The notes under the pieces are model-generated. The model was given only the letters and a program-made list of their open reading frames with translations, searched no databases and had not been told where the DNA came from. 64,000 bases of DNA. Source: Xylographa opegraphella (lineage: Eukaryota). Location: positions 248,001 to 312,000 of the forward strand of contig JALDZX010000016.1 in assembly GCA_022813865.1 (NCBI GenBank), written 5' to 3'. A program made the position numbers and the translations under genes. Below, piece after piece: positions 26,885 to 37,715 of this stretch. Numbering within the stretch: the stretch's first letter is position 1; each line of letters starts with the position of its first letter.

Positions 26885-28374
26885 GCGCAGGAATCACCGT
26901 TTGGATGGGGCTTGGGAGCGATTCATGACTTCGGACGCGGGTTTGGTTGAGCTACTGATCTTTCTCTGTACAACTGGTGGGAACAGATTGCTAGAGAGCG
27001 GCCTTGGAGCCTATTGGCATTATGTACATGTAAGCACTGCAACACCAAACCCATTTTTTATTTGTGTTTGATTATACCAAGCCAAACACCATTATCATCC
27101 GTTTCCTTTTCCCGGACGGCTATTTCCTCGACTGTTTGCCCCATACACCAGTGGAAAGATATCTTTCCCACAAATTAAATACATGTCCTGCCTTAGGCTG
27201 CTTATCAAGAAAAAGCAATTGGGCAAACTCTCCTGCCGTCTCATGTGCTTGTTGATTCCGTGCCTCGATAATCTGGAGTCCACGTAGCAGGCTCCTAAAG
27301 AAAGAAAGGAATTTGTTATACCTTTTCGATAGTTCGAAGGAAGGGCCAGAACTTTGGTGGTACCTGCTTGCGGTCATCGGGGATCGAAAAGCTTGGGTGC
27401 GTTTCATGATACAATCGTCATGGTTCGGTTCTCCTTGTATAGCTGATGGATGAAGCCGAAGCCCCTTTGGCCCATTTCCGGTGCTTAAGACGTTTGAGAT
27501 GTGCCTTTTTTTTATATATATATAAAAAATAGGTGATGTTGCTTCCTCGGAAATTTAGAAACGAGAGCTGGTGACGTTTTTCGAGGGCGCAGAGCCCTTT
27601 GAAGGCGGTACGCATCATGTTCGAGTTTCGAAAAATGGTTTGGCGCTTTTCATTAGAAGCCGTGATGGGCTGCGCTACCATCAGAAGGTACTCCGTAAAT
27701 TACGATGAAAATACACTCTCTGCACAAGAGTTGTCACGACTCCGTGGATCTGTGCTGCAGGATGCTCGGGTATTGAGAGGGAGGCCTGGCGGTCGCAGTT
27801 GTGATGATGCCTTGCACCTTAGTCTATCATACATATAATATGGGCAAAGCTCCTCCCTCTTCCTTCCCGGTGGTGCCTGTGACGCCAGACTTATGGGCGA
27901 TCGGTTGTCAAGAAAGCTTGTCACGCTCCTTCTGCTTTATTGGTTGCGATTCTTCCAGAGGGGGGGTTGCAACACGGCGAGCGTTCGGTAATCGACACGA
28001 CTCCCGGATCCGGAGCTCGAACCGACGGCAAGCTCCCCGGTCAAGGTACCCGACGACCGCTGATCCTGATTGGAAGGTGCTTGTTACTGCTGATTGCTGA
28101 TTGCTCAGCATTCCTGACCCCTCCATCGACGAGGGCATTGTCAGCAATTGTCAATGCTGAGTCGGCCAGCGTGCGCGCTAGAGAGAGTGCTATCGGGACT
28201 AGCGCCACGGATTGTCTTCTGCTTGCGGCCCCACTAGCACGAGTATATGAAGGACAAACATCCCACCCTCCGGAGCTTCCCTTTGGCACAAAAGTGACCA
28301 CGGACATCCAACCGCTCAATCTTCTCGTCCATTGCATCATCTAGACCTGCTTTCCCATCTTCCCATCACTCATC

Positions 28375-29306
28375 ATGGCTCCCAAGATTGCTATCATCTA
28401 TGTGAGTCGCCCCCACCAAGCTCGAGACTCGCTTCTCGAGCTCTGTCTCGGGAGTGAAAGGGTGCTCTACTAAGACGAGCCTGTGTAGTATTCGATGTAC
28501 GGCCACATCAGCCAGCTCGCCAAAGCTGAGCAGAAAGGTATCGAGGCTGCTGGGGGCAAGGCCGACCTCTATCAGTAAGCATACCGTACCCAGCATTGCT
28601 CACATTCCGTCCCGCTCCTACATTTCGAATATTCTTTTCAGAAAGCTTTGTACGTTGAAGTAGCTGACGTTTTGGTGCGTAGAGTGGAGGAGACTCTGCC
28701 AGCGGAAGTTCTTGCTAAGATGTACGCTCCTGGCCAAGACAAGTCTGTTCCGTTCATCACCCCAGCCAAACTCGAGGGTGCGTCTCATGCTCAATGCTCG
28801 AAAACAACTTGAAGAGGGTATTATCTGACGAGGCCATAGAATACGACGGCTTCCTCATGGGCGTCCCTACCCGGTACGGCAACTTCCCCACCCAGTTCAA
28901 GGCCTTCTGGGACCACACCGGCGCACAATGGCAGTCCGGTGCCTATCACGGCAAATACTGCGGTGTTTTCGTATCCACAGCGACTCCGGGCGGAGGACAA
29001 GAAAGTACCGTCATAGCCACGATGAGCACATTGGCCCACCACGGCATAATCTACGTGCCCGTTGGCTACAAGAACGCCCTCGCTATCCTCGGAAACTTGA
29101 CAGAAGTTCGCGGCGGCACCCCATGGGGCGCAGGAACCTTTGCTGTACGTTGTCCTGATCCTGACCATACCAGACATCATTGCTGACCGCATGTTCTTTC
29201 TTATTTCTAGGCCAGCGATGGCAGCCGTCAGCCGACAAAGATGGAGCTCGAGCTGGCCGAAGTCCAGGGCAGAACCTTCTATGAGACGGTGGCCAAGACC
29301 ACATGA
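28375..29306 (+). CDS. Flavodoxin-like NAD(P)H:quinone oxidoreductase (WrbA/Pst2/Ycp4/Alt a 7 family), about 200 aa, 5 exons
   Basis: [16 protein letters not shown] (FMN loop); V(E)[95 protein letters not shown] (29304-29306). Confidence 0.95.
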
Positions 29307-29549
29307 CTAGATGGCGGAGCAGCAGCCGGCGGTACGATCGTCCAGCCGCCGGCTCAGTCGGGACCTCCACACGGAGCGACGGCTGGAACAACGAATGGAA
29401 CGACAAACGGAACGACGGGGGTGTCATCTGGGGAGGCGAAGACTACGGCGCCGGCGACATCGTCGACGCCACAGCAGCCAGCAACTACAACGACGGAGAA
29501 GGAAAAGGATGGGCCGTGTGGTTTGCCAGCGAAGTGTTCGATTTTATAA
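29304..29549 (+). other. Predicted stop-codon readthrough extension of the flavodoxin-like gene, ending in a CaaX box
   Basis: TGA CTA G, then 80 in-frame sense codons LDGGAAAGGTIVQPPAQSGPPHGATAGTTNGTTNGTTGVSSGEAKTTAPATSSTPQQPATTTTEKEKDGPCGLPAKCSIL, then TAA at 29547-29549. Confidence 0.8.
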
Positions 29550-29872
29550 TTAGTGGATTCCCCAATACATTCGAAATGATGCGTCGTGGTGCCTTGATGG
29601 TTGCCTGCTGGACATGCTATGCTGTTCAGTCGGTCCGTGTAATTACTGTTTCGTCAAGTTCAAAGTAGCCATTTGCACTCTACAGCTTCGGCCATTGATA
29701 TATCGCTTATTCCAATATTCAGACATGGAACCGTTGGCCACGAAGATCCATTGCAGTTCCCACAATTCCATGCACTTAACGTACATCCCATATTTCCAAT
29801 CCTCCAGCTCTGCACCAACTCCCTGTCCCTTCTCCTCATCCACGCCGCATACCTCGGCAGGCGCCCCTTTCT

Positions 29873-30170
29873 TCCTCTCTCTCTCTCTCTCTCTCATCGG
29901 TGCATCAGAAAGTCGTGTTTCGATGTGCTGCCGAATCACCGGGGGATAAGGGGGACTTGGGTAAGGGGTTTATGGGAGGGAAGGGAAGGTGGGCGTGGGG
30001 GTTTGGAGGGTTTGGAGGGTGCGGGGTGGGATAGGGATAGGGATAAGGATAGGGAGAGGGAGAGGGATTGGGATTGCTGTGGTGCTGTGGTACTGTGGTA
30101 TGAGAGGGAGTGGGGTGGAGGGGTGGAGGGGTGGAGGGGTGGGAGCAGGGATTGGTTGGTGGAGTTAGTA
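29873..30170. repeat. (CT)n microsatellite followed by a G-rich low-complexity tract (gatagg and ggagggg-type repeats)
   Basis: ctctct run at about 29875-29895; dense GGG tracts at 29941-30145. Confidence 0.8.
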
Positions 30171-30562
30171 GGTAACCCGACGTACTGGGGCTTACATGTA
30201 GGTTCTACACATATCATGTACTTTAGGGTACCTCTGATATCAATTGTCCTTTTGTTCCAGTGGGTAAACCCTCCGTTAGTCCCCATGGCATAAAGTGAGT
30301 GGTTGGTACACTAGCGCGTCGCGAAAACGCGCAATATGTCTTAGCGCACTAGTGCTCCTGGCTGTCGTTTATCAAACACCAAGAAATACAAGAAATAGCT
30401 CGACGTCCTTTGGGATTTTGCTGAACGGCGGAGACACGTAGTCGCGGCTTGTATTTCGCTCGCACCGTGTATGCCTCTCGGCATCAATTGACCTCCAACA
30501 CCCAGTCCCCGTCCCTTCCCTCAGAGACGACCAGGCCCCGCCGGCCTCTCGAACCCATCCGA

Positions 30563-31891
30563 ATGGCTACTCACGTCCCCAACCTGCACCCTCCCGCGCC
30601 CACAGCAACAACAGCCGCGCACCTCACCTCCCCCCGAAGCACGCGCACCCTCCGCAAGCTCCAATCCGCGCACGCCCTCTCCTCCAACTACACTGCCGCC
30701 GGCAATGCCCCGTCGCTGATCGCCCAGCAGCGACAGCTGCAGCATCACAAGTCGGCCATCTTCCGAGACCCGGGTCCGCCGCCGTCGCAGGGCCAATCCC
30801 GAAGCCGGATGAGAGCCGATAGCGAGAGCGCTGCTGCTGCGGAGATGTCGGGCGCGGGGGGAATGTCGAAGCGGACGGCGATGGCGAGGAAGATTAACGG
30901 GGAGGATGGGAACGCTAAGGAGGAGTTGGAGGCTTTGGTGCGGCAGGGGCCGAAGGGCGATCTGTCGAGGAGTTTGGCGTCTCTGCGGCGCTCGGTGCTG
31001 CTCGATGGGTTGGCAGCGGACAGCGATGGCATGGTATAGTTCCCCCCCTCCCTCTCTTCTCCCCACCGGCGGTGCCTGACCGACGCTCTCCAGTCCCAGC
31101 TGCGCATCTACGTCTGGCTCATCCTGCTGAACGCCCCCCCCCTCCGCACCGACGCCTACCTCGCCCTCATCCATCGCGGCGCCTCCCCCGCCTACGCCAA
31201 GATCCGCAACGACACCTTCCGCACCCTAGCCACGGACCCGCTCTTCAAGCGCCGCGTCAGCGAAGCCTCCCTCATCCGCCTCCTCAACGCCCTCGCCTGG
31301 ACGCTGCACGACGCGCACGCCGTCGCCAGCACCAGCAACAACACCAGCGCCGCCCCTGCCCCCGACCCAGCCTCCATCTACCTCCAAGGCATGAACGTCC
31401 TCTCCGCCCCCTTCCTCTACGCCGCCCGCTCCGAAACGGAAGCCTACGTCCTCACGCAGCACCTCCTCTCCGCACACATCCCCGCGTACACGCACCCCAC
31501 CATGCCGGGCGTGCACCGCGGCCTCGCGCTGCTGGACCGCGTGCTCGCGCTCATCGACCCCAAGCTCGCCGCCCACCTCGCCGCCGCCTCGCTCGCGGCC
31601 AACATCTACGCCTTCCCCTCCGTGCTCACCCTCTGCGCCTGCACGCCCCCGCTGCCGGAGGTGCTCTGTCTGTGGGACTTTTTGTTCGCGTACGGCGTCC
31701 ATTTGAATGTGCTGGCTATTGTGGCGCAGTTGGTGCTGATGCGGGAGGACTTGTTGGCTGTTGAGAGGCCGGGGGCGCTGTTGAGGGCTTTTCCGCCCTT
31801 GAGGGCGAAGAGGGTCGTGCAGTTGGCGGTTAGTTTTGTGGGCTTGTTGCCGGGGGGCGTGTATGAGGAGTTGGTGGTGCATGTGAGGTGA
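30563..31891 (+). CDS. BUB2: TBC-domain GAP, mitotic exit/septation checkpoint protein (Bub2/Cdc16)
   Basis: RTLRKLQSA N-terminal motif; intron 31034-31092; SQLRIYVWLILL..YAKIRNDTFRTL (IxxDxxR) ..YLQGMN (YxQ) ..IYAFPSVLTLCACTPPLPEVLCLWDFLFAYG. Confidence 0.92.
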
Positions 31892-32273
31892 TTGGGGGAT
31901 GGGGGGACGGGGGTGGGGAGGAGGCATGCTTGTTGTGGGCTAGGAGCATGGCTGGCTTGGGATCCGGTGCTGGAAACCCACGCCCGGTGGAGGACAAGGC
32001 TATGGTTTCGCTCCTCTTGACACAAGGGCGTTCGGCAGGCTGGGACCGCGGAAAAGTGCCTGCTGTATGGAGGACCAGAATCTCGGCGAGCGCGAGCAGG
32101 GAATATCGCGCACCAGGCGCCCGCCGTGTTATCGCACGAAGCGCGAATAGTCACCACGCTTCACATTTACACATCCAGCCAAAAGCGCAATGCGAGGTAT
32201 TCAGACCGTTTTAAATGCTCCACGATTGCGCCGACTATGCTCTATGAAACCCGGCCCGCCCACTACTTTCCCT

Positions 32274-33778
32274 TCACCGCTGATGCAGTTTTTTGATCCG
32301 CGTCGCGCCCTCGTATACGCCCCGATCGATGGCGGCCGCGACCGTCAGGGTGCCGCCGATGACGGCACACACGCCGGTCAGGAAGCCGACGAAGGACTTG
32401 GAGCGCTCTTCGCGATTGATCACTTTCATGGGGGAGATATCCTGCCTCGCAACGCGTTAGCGACCCAGCAAGGGGCGGGGACGGGGGCGGGGGCGGGAAA
32501 AGACGGACGTAGGAGAAGAAGACGCCGGGGATGCCGCCGCGGGCGTGCAGGCGCTCCTTGTGGCCGTCGGCGGCGTCGGAGCCGCCGCCGAGGCTGCGCT
32601 TGTGGCTGGTGACGGAGTACTGGTGCGTTTCGATGCTGCCGTCGTCGCTGTGGCCGTGGCGGCCGAGGGGGGTGAGGTCGGAGGCGGAGGAGGAGGCGCC
32701 GAGGCGGGTGGGGAGGAGGTTCGTGGCTGTGGCGCCGAGGGGGATGTAGGCGGTGGAGACGACCTTGACGAAGTACATGTAGTTGAAGGCCGGGTCGGTG
32801 GTCGCCTGGGCGGTGGCGTCGAGCGGGTTGAGGTGGTGGTTCGTCCAGGGCAGGGAGGCGCCCAGGTTCCGGGCCGCCTCCGCTGGGAGTTGGGGCCCAA
32901 AGCGCAGCTGGTGGATCTCGTGCGTAAAGGTGTGGCCGCCGTCGACGGGGCTCTCGAAGTAGTTGTTCAGGTCGTGCACGTGCATGTTGCCGTTGCTGAA
33001 GCTGCGCCCGGGCGCGATGTGGAAGTTGCCGACCACCTTGTTCACGCGCAGGCCGCCCTCGATGCGGCAGCCCTCGTGGCGCTGCGAGTCGAGCCGCTCG
33101 CCGTAGTGTTCCCGCTCGCATTGCTCGACGTTCTCGCCACGGCCAAAGGCCCACGACACGGACGCGTACGCTTCCCGCACCTCCTCGCACGTGTTGCAGC
33201 AGCCGGCTTTGATGGCGTTCGGAGGCGCGGTGGCGCCGTAGCAGCCGCCGCAGTAGTCCGGGTCCAGGTGCAGGGCGACGTCGTCTTGGGAGTGGCTGGC
33301 TTGGGTTAGCATGTAATGGGATCCTTTGTCGGATTCAGGGGCGCTCGTACAGGTCGAGTGCTTTGACATCGATGACCTGTCCCCCTTCGGCGACGGGCGC
33401 CAGGCGGACTTTGCTCACGCCGTGCATCACGCCTGTTTGCTGCTCGCCGGAGACGTCCATCACGTCGAGGGAGAGGAGCTCGCACGGTACTCGGGGAAAG
33501 GATATGTTGAGGTGTATTTCCATTTTCTCCCCTTGGGAATGGCTCATTAGCAATGGCTACCGCAAGGAGATACAGGCCCTCCTACCTCTTCCTTTGTCAA
33601 CGATCAGTTCTGGCAGCACAACGACCCGTCTGTAGTCCGCCCATTCTCCCCACACGAGGTAGAGCACAATAAGCAGCGAAGCTATCGTGACAATGCCTCC
33701 CGAAGTCGTCCGCACTCGCGCATCCTCCACCGTTTTGGTGAAGGCATCCAGCCGTGTGAACCTCGACTTTGCAGGCAT
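32274..33778 (-). CDS. ERV46: ER-derived vesicle protein Erv46 (ERGIC3 family)
   Basis: MPAKSRFTRLDAFTKTVEDARVRTTSGG; PCELLSLDVMDVSGEQQ; YCGGCYGA..CCNTCEEVREAY; EGCRIEG..VNKVVGNFHIAPG; GIPGVFFSY|DISPM..CAVIGGTLTVA..KKLHQR*. Confidence 0.95.
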
Positions 33779-34522
33779 ATTGTTTGTGTCAATTGGCAAT
33801 AACTGCCCACGGTCCAACCAACTCCCCTATGCAGCGGTCTTGTCGCTGCAGCGCAGGGCACGTGGCGCAAGTGTGTGCGGCGAATGCAGAGAAGAGTGAA
33901 GGCTTAGCTATACTTTGGAATGTAGAGGAGATCCTCAATCGCTACTCGGGACGTGGATAGAAATGAAGTGTACAGAAGTCATGGTGAGCTGCACTGTCCA
34001 AGCAAAGGACACTATTATTATTGAAAGCCTCAGCCCAGCTCGGCCGATCAACGGCGTGAAATGTCTAGTCCGTTTCTTACCTAGTGCCGAGGATTTCTTG
34101 ACTTGGCCTAGACCCGTCCTACTCAACCCTACGAACGTATTTCTCGCTTTTCATTGTTTGACAGGACTTGCTCCACTTTTGAGATGATCGTACCTCTCTG
34201 TGCACCATATCCATCTCTGCTATATACCCAAGGAGCTACTCTAACCATGATGGTCGTCTTTCTTTCTATGCGAATTGTATATTGTGTGGTTCAGCCAAGT
34301 GTGGCACACTCAGTCCACCAGTATTTTATAATGCTGTTCTCTTTGGGTATGCCATTGTTGTGGGAGCTGATTTCTCCCCCTGATCTCTGTCCTTTGTTTC
34401 CTACTTGAATTGGCCGATTATCGACGCATCCGTCAAATGGCACCGTCCATCCTAAGGATGCGTTGACATCTAAGCACTATCCATGAATGTGATAATTCAC
34501 TTGCTGTATTTGTACTACAACG

Positions 34523-37174
34523 ATGCCATCTCATAAGGAGCATCATATTCGGCACGGAAAGATGAGTCACGGCAACAGCCAAGGGGATGGCGGCAACGGT
34601 AGAGGCTATCATGGCAAACATAAACATCACCGCGACGGAAACCATGGTGCAAATGGAGGTGGCTATCGTGGTGACAATGGAGGCGGCTATGGGGGTGGAA
34701 ATGGAGGCAGAGATCGCGGTGGCAATTGGAAGGGCAATGGCGGTGACAATAGTCGAGGCAATGGTCGAGGCAACAGTGGAGGAAACGATCGAGGCAACCA
34801 TCGAGACAACGGCAGAAGCAACGGCGGAGGCCACAGCAGAGGCCATAGCAGAGGTCACAGTAGTGGCCACAGTAGAGGCCACAGCAACGGCCACAGCAGA
34901 GGCCACAGCAACGGCCACAGCAGAGGCCACAGCAACGGCCACAGCAGAGGCCATAGCAGTGGCAACAGTAGAGGCAACAGCAGTGGCAACAGTAGAGGCA
35001 ATGGTGGAGTCAATGGCGGTAACATAATTCGTCCTTACAGACACTGACTTGGTTGACAGAATGATAGGAAACGGGGGCGACGCCATGAGCTGGGAATCCT
35101 ATGGCTCCGACAATCCTGGTTATAAGCAGAACGGCAACAACACGCACAATGGTATGAACCCACCATTGATTCGTCTCACAGACACCACTTCCCTATAGAA
35201 GCCAAAGTCTGAAGATATCTAATGCTGAGATACATGCTATAGGAAATAACAACAACGATAATAATTACCGCGGCAGCAATAATAAGCATCGCGACAACAA
35301 TAATAACAAATACGTTGGTGACTATGACGAAATAGAGGTGCATGGCCTTGAAGCCTCCGATCTATACACGACACGAGGTCCACAAGCGACTGGTAGAGCA
35401 TTCAAAGATTTCGTGGAGACATCTCAATTGAGGGGGACACGCATTCTGCGGGTAAGTCCAGCATAAAGCACCAATGAACCAGCACCAGTTTGATATCTTA
35501 CTGCACACTGCTCTGGTGAATGGGATTTTTGCAATTTGAACAGTCTGGGTAGACCAGTCTTACAGGTGCATATACACGTATTGGAACCTTCACTAATCTA
35601 TCATAGTGGAGATGGGAAGGACCGCAACTCGTTCTCGACGTTCATCCAGATTCTACACAACGGATGCAAAGCCTGTCTTGCAACTTCGAAGAAGTGTGTC
35701 CTATTGTTTGCGTGCACAGGGGTCGAATAACTGCGAATGTTTGGCGCGGACAAACAGCGCCAGTCTTCAATGCGGACGAGTTAAAGAGAATGCTTATTAT
35801 GCTTCGAAAAAGATATGACCCAAACAACAGAGCACTGGATCTATCATCTCTGGCAACGGATCCCGACCTTGGCACCATTTACTCAAGGAATAGGACAAGA
35901 TTCTTCAATGAGCTTATGCAGATCTGGCAGAATTGCGGAGAGTCTACTCCTCTTCTCATTAATTTATCGCGCAATGCCTTCACTAATCTAGATACTGTGT
36001 CAACAGTTACTCAGAATTTTCCGGATCTCAAATATCTTACCCTTGCAAACAATCTCTTTATGACTACGGAAGCTATATCACCATGGGGGTGGGAATTACG
36101 GGATTTGGAACAACTGGACGTCAGGGGAAATCCATTCATGACAAGAAATACGGGCTGGGGCCAGGACATACTTCTGTCGTATCCCAGACTGACCCATCTG
36201 AATGGTGACATAGTGAGAACGGAGGACGACGCATGCGCTGCACAAGAAACTCTAGTGCCAATTCCTCCAATCGCTCCCGTGTCACAGGCCAATAGCAGTG
36301 CTGAGGTATTTCTAAAACTCTTCTTCCCCTGTTACGACCAGGACCGTTCTAGTCTCGTTGGACAATATTATGATGCAGATTCGACATTTTCAATCATTAT
36401 TGACCGACATGGCCATCTCGCTCCGGGACATCCACCGGCAACTTGGGAAAATTACACTCGGAAGCAAAGTATAATCAAATTTAGCTATTCACCACCGCCA
36501 AGAACACTTGAAGCCATCGAAGGGCCGCAGAAGATTCGTGAATGTTGGAATGTTTTGCCGCGCACAATTCATCCGGACGTTAATTCGCAGTTATATAAGT
36601 ATAGGTATGAGGAAGAGGAATACGTACCAGAAAATGTGGTACGTGCCTACATTATTTTGATACGAGGAGAATTCCAAGAGGTTGCTAGCCTCATCGGAAG
36701 CACCACAGTGTTTCGGAGCTTTGATCGTACTTTCGTGGTCGAACCGGTTTCAAGCTATTACCAATTTCGAATCATCAGCGATATTCTCGTGATATCGCCC
36801 TACGCGGGTGAGGTCGGAGGTGCGCAAACAAACGCAAGAGCTACATCGTACGAGCAGACCATGATCGGCCCCTACATGGCACCAGCCAAGAACTATTTCA
36901 TTAACATCACAGTCTCGCCCGGCTTTGGAGAGCATCGGATCGGAAAGACCAGTGTGGAGGTAGAGAGGGAGAAGCTCGCGCTGGAGCTCAGTCGGAGAAG
37001 TAGGGTGACGTTGGCGTACTCCAAAATCGTTTTGGAAAGATGTTCTTGGTTATTGCAAAACGCGATAAAGTACATGGAACGCTCACAGGTAAATTGCCGA
37101 GTACTCTTGACACGATTAGATTCATGTGGCTAACGAGTTTGCAGGCCGAAGTACCTCGGGAGCACCGCTTATAA
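34523..37174 (+). CDS. Divergent Mex67/NXF1-like mRNA export factor (RG-rich N-terminus, RRM-like, LRR, NTF2-like, UBA/TAP-C)
   Basis: LRKRYDPNNRALDLSSLATDPDL; LRR repeats (INLSRN, LTLANN, LDVRGNP, YPRLTHLNG); NTF2-like region (FFPCYDQDR..YYDADSTFS..LPRTIHP..RGEFQE..RSFDRTFVV..IISDIL); UBA-like ELSRRSRVTLAYSKIVLERCSW. Introns at about 35151-35241, 35452-35607 and 37089-37144. The 5' start (34523 or 35061) is uncertain. Confidence 0.8.
34829..35003 (+). repeat. 12-bp tandem repeat (ggccacagcaga / ggccacagcaac variants) encoding GHSR/GHSN/GNSR
   Basis: Directly visible tandem units, about 14 copies with variation. Confidence 0.9.
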
Positions 37175-37715
37175 TCGATAGTAAAATAGGCTGGTCACGC
37201 GTCGCGAAGAGGGTATTATCATAGGAATATCAGAAAACGTACGAGGTTTCTAGGGTTCGGTGACCTATTACAGTACAGAACCTCCAGTATCTGTCTAGTA
37301 TAATAGTTCGCATACTAAATAGCTATTGAAGAATAAGCCAATATAAGTACCTCTGCGGTTCACGAGTCTTATTCGATATTCTGCCAGAGATAATTGGCCT
37401 CCGTAAGCCCCCTTTTTCTTACAGATGAGCTCGTACGAAATATCTTTCTGTACGATATCTGACATCGATATACACCTATGGCAACACGAAATTTGATGTC
37501 CGTAAGATACCCAGAAGTCGCAAGATGCGCCGAATTTCTGTTGATTCACAATGGCCTTCCTAACTTAGCATCTTCATCGTCATAGCGCACCACCAGCGAT
37601 CCATGCGCAGACTAGGTCCTCCACCCTAAAATATAACCACATTCTACATCTCGACCACCTCCCTTCACCATCACCCTACATCAGCAACACCACCCACCCC
37701 CTCTTCTCAACCACC

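Noticed and set aside
27064..27700. Short minus-strand ORFs and a T/A palindrome (ttttttatatatataaaaaa) downstream of the sulfate permease
   Set aside because: No recognisable domain is present, and the palindrome is low-complexity.
29303..29668. ORF-track ORFs 29303-29668 and 29311-29553 as independent genes
   Set aside because: They overlap the flavodoxin stop and 3' region and have no recognisable features. The third frame, continuous with the gene and ending in CaaX, explains the region better.
30521..33309. Many long overlapping or antisense ORFs over BUB2 and ERV46 (likewise over the GNAT and WD40 genes)
   Set aside because: They are expected artefacts of very high GC3, and the translations are low-complexity.
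34433..35086. Long Ala/Val/Thr-rich ORFs in other frames and on the other strand over the 12-bp repeat
   Set aside because: They are shadow ORFs produced by a stop-free tandem repeat.
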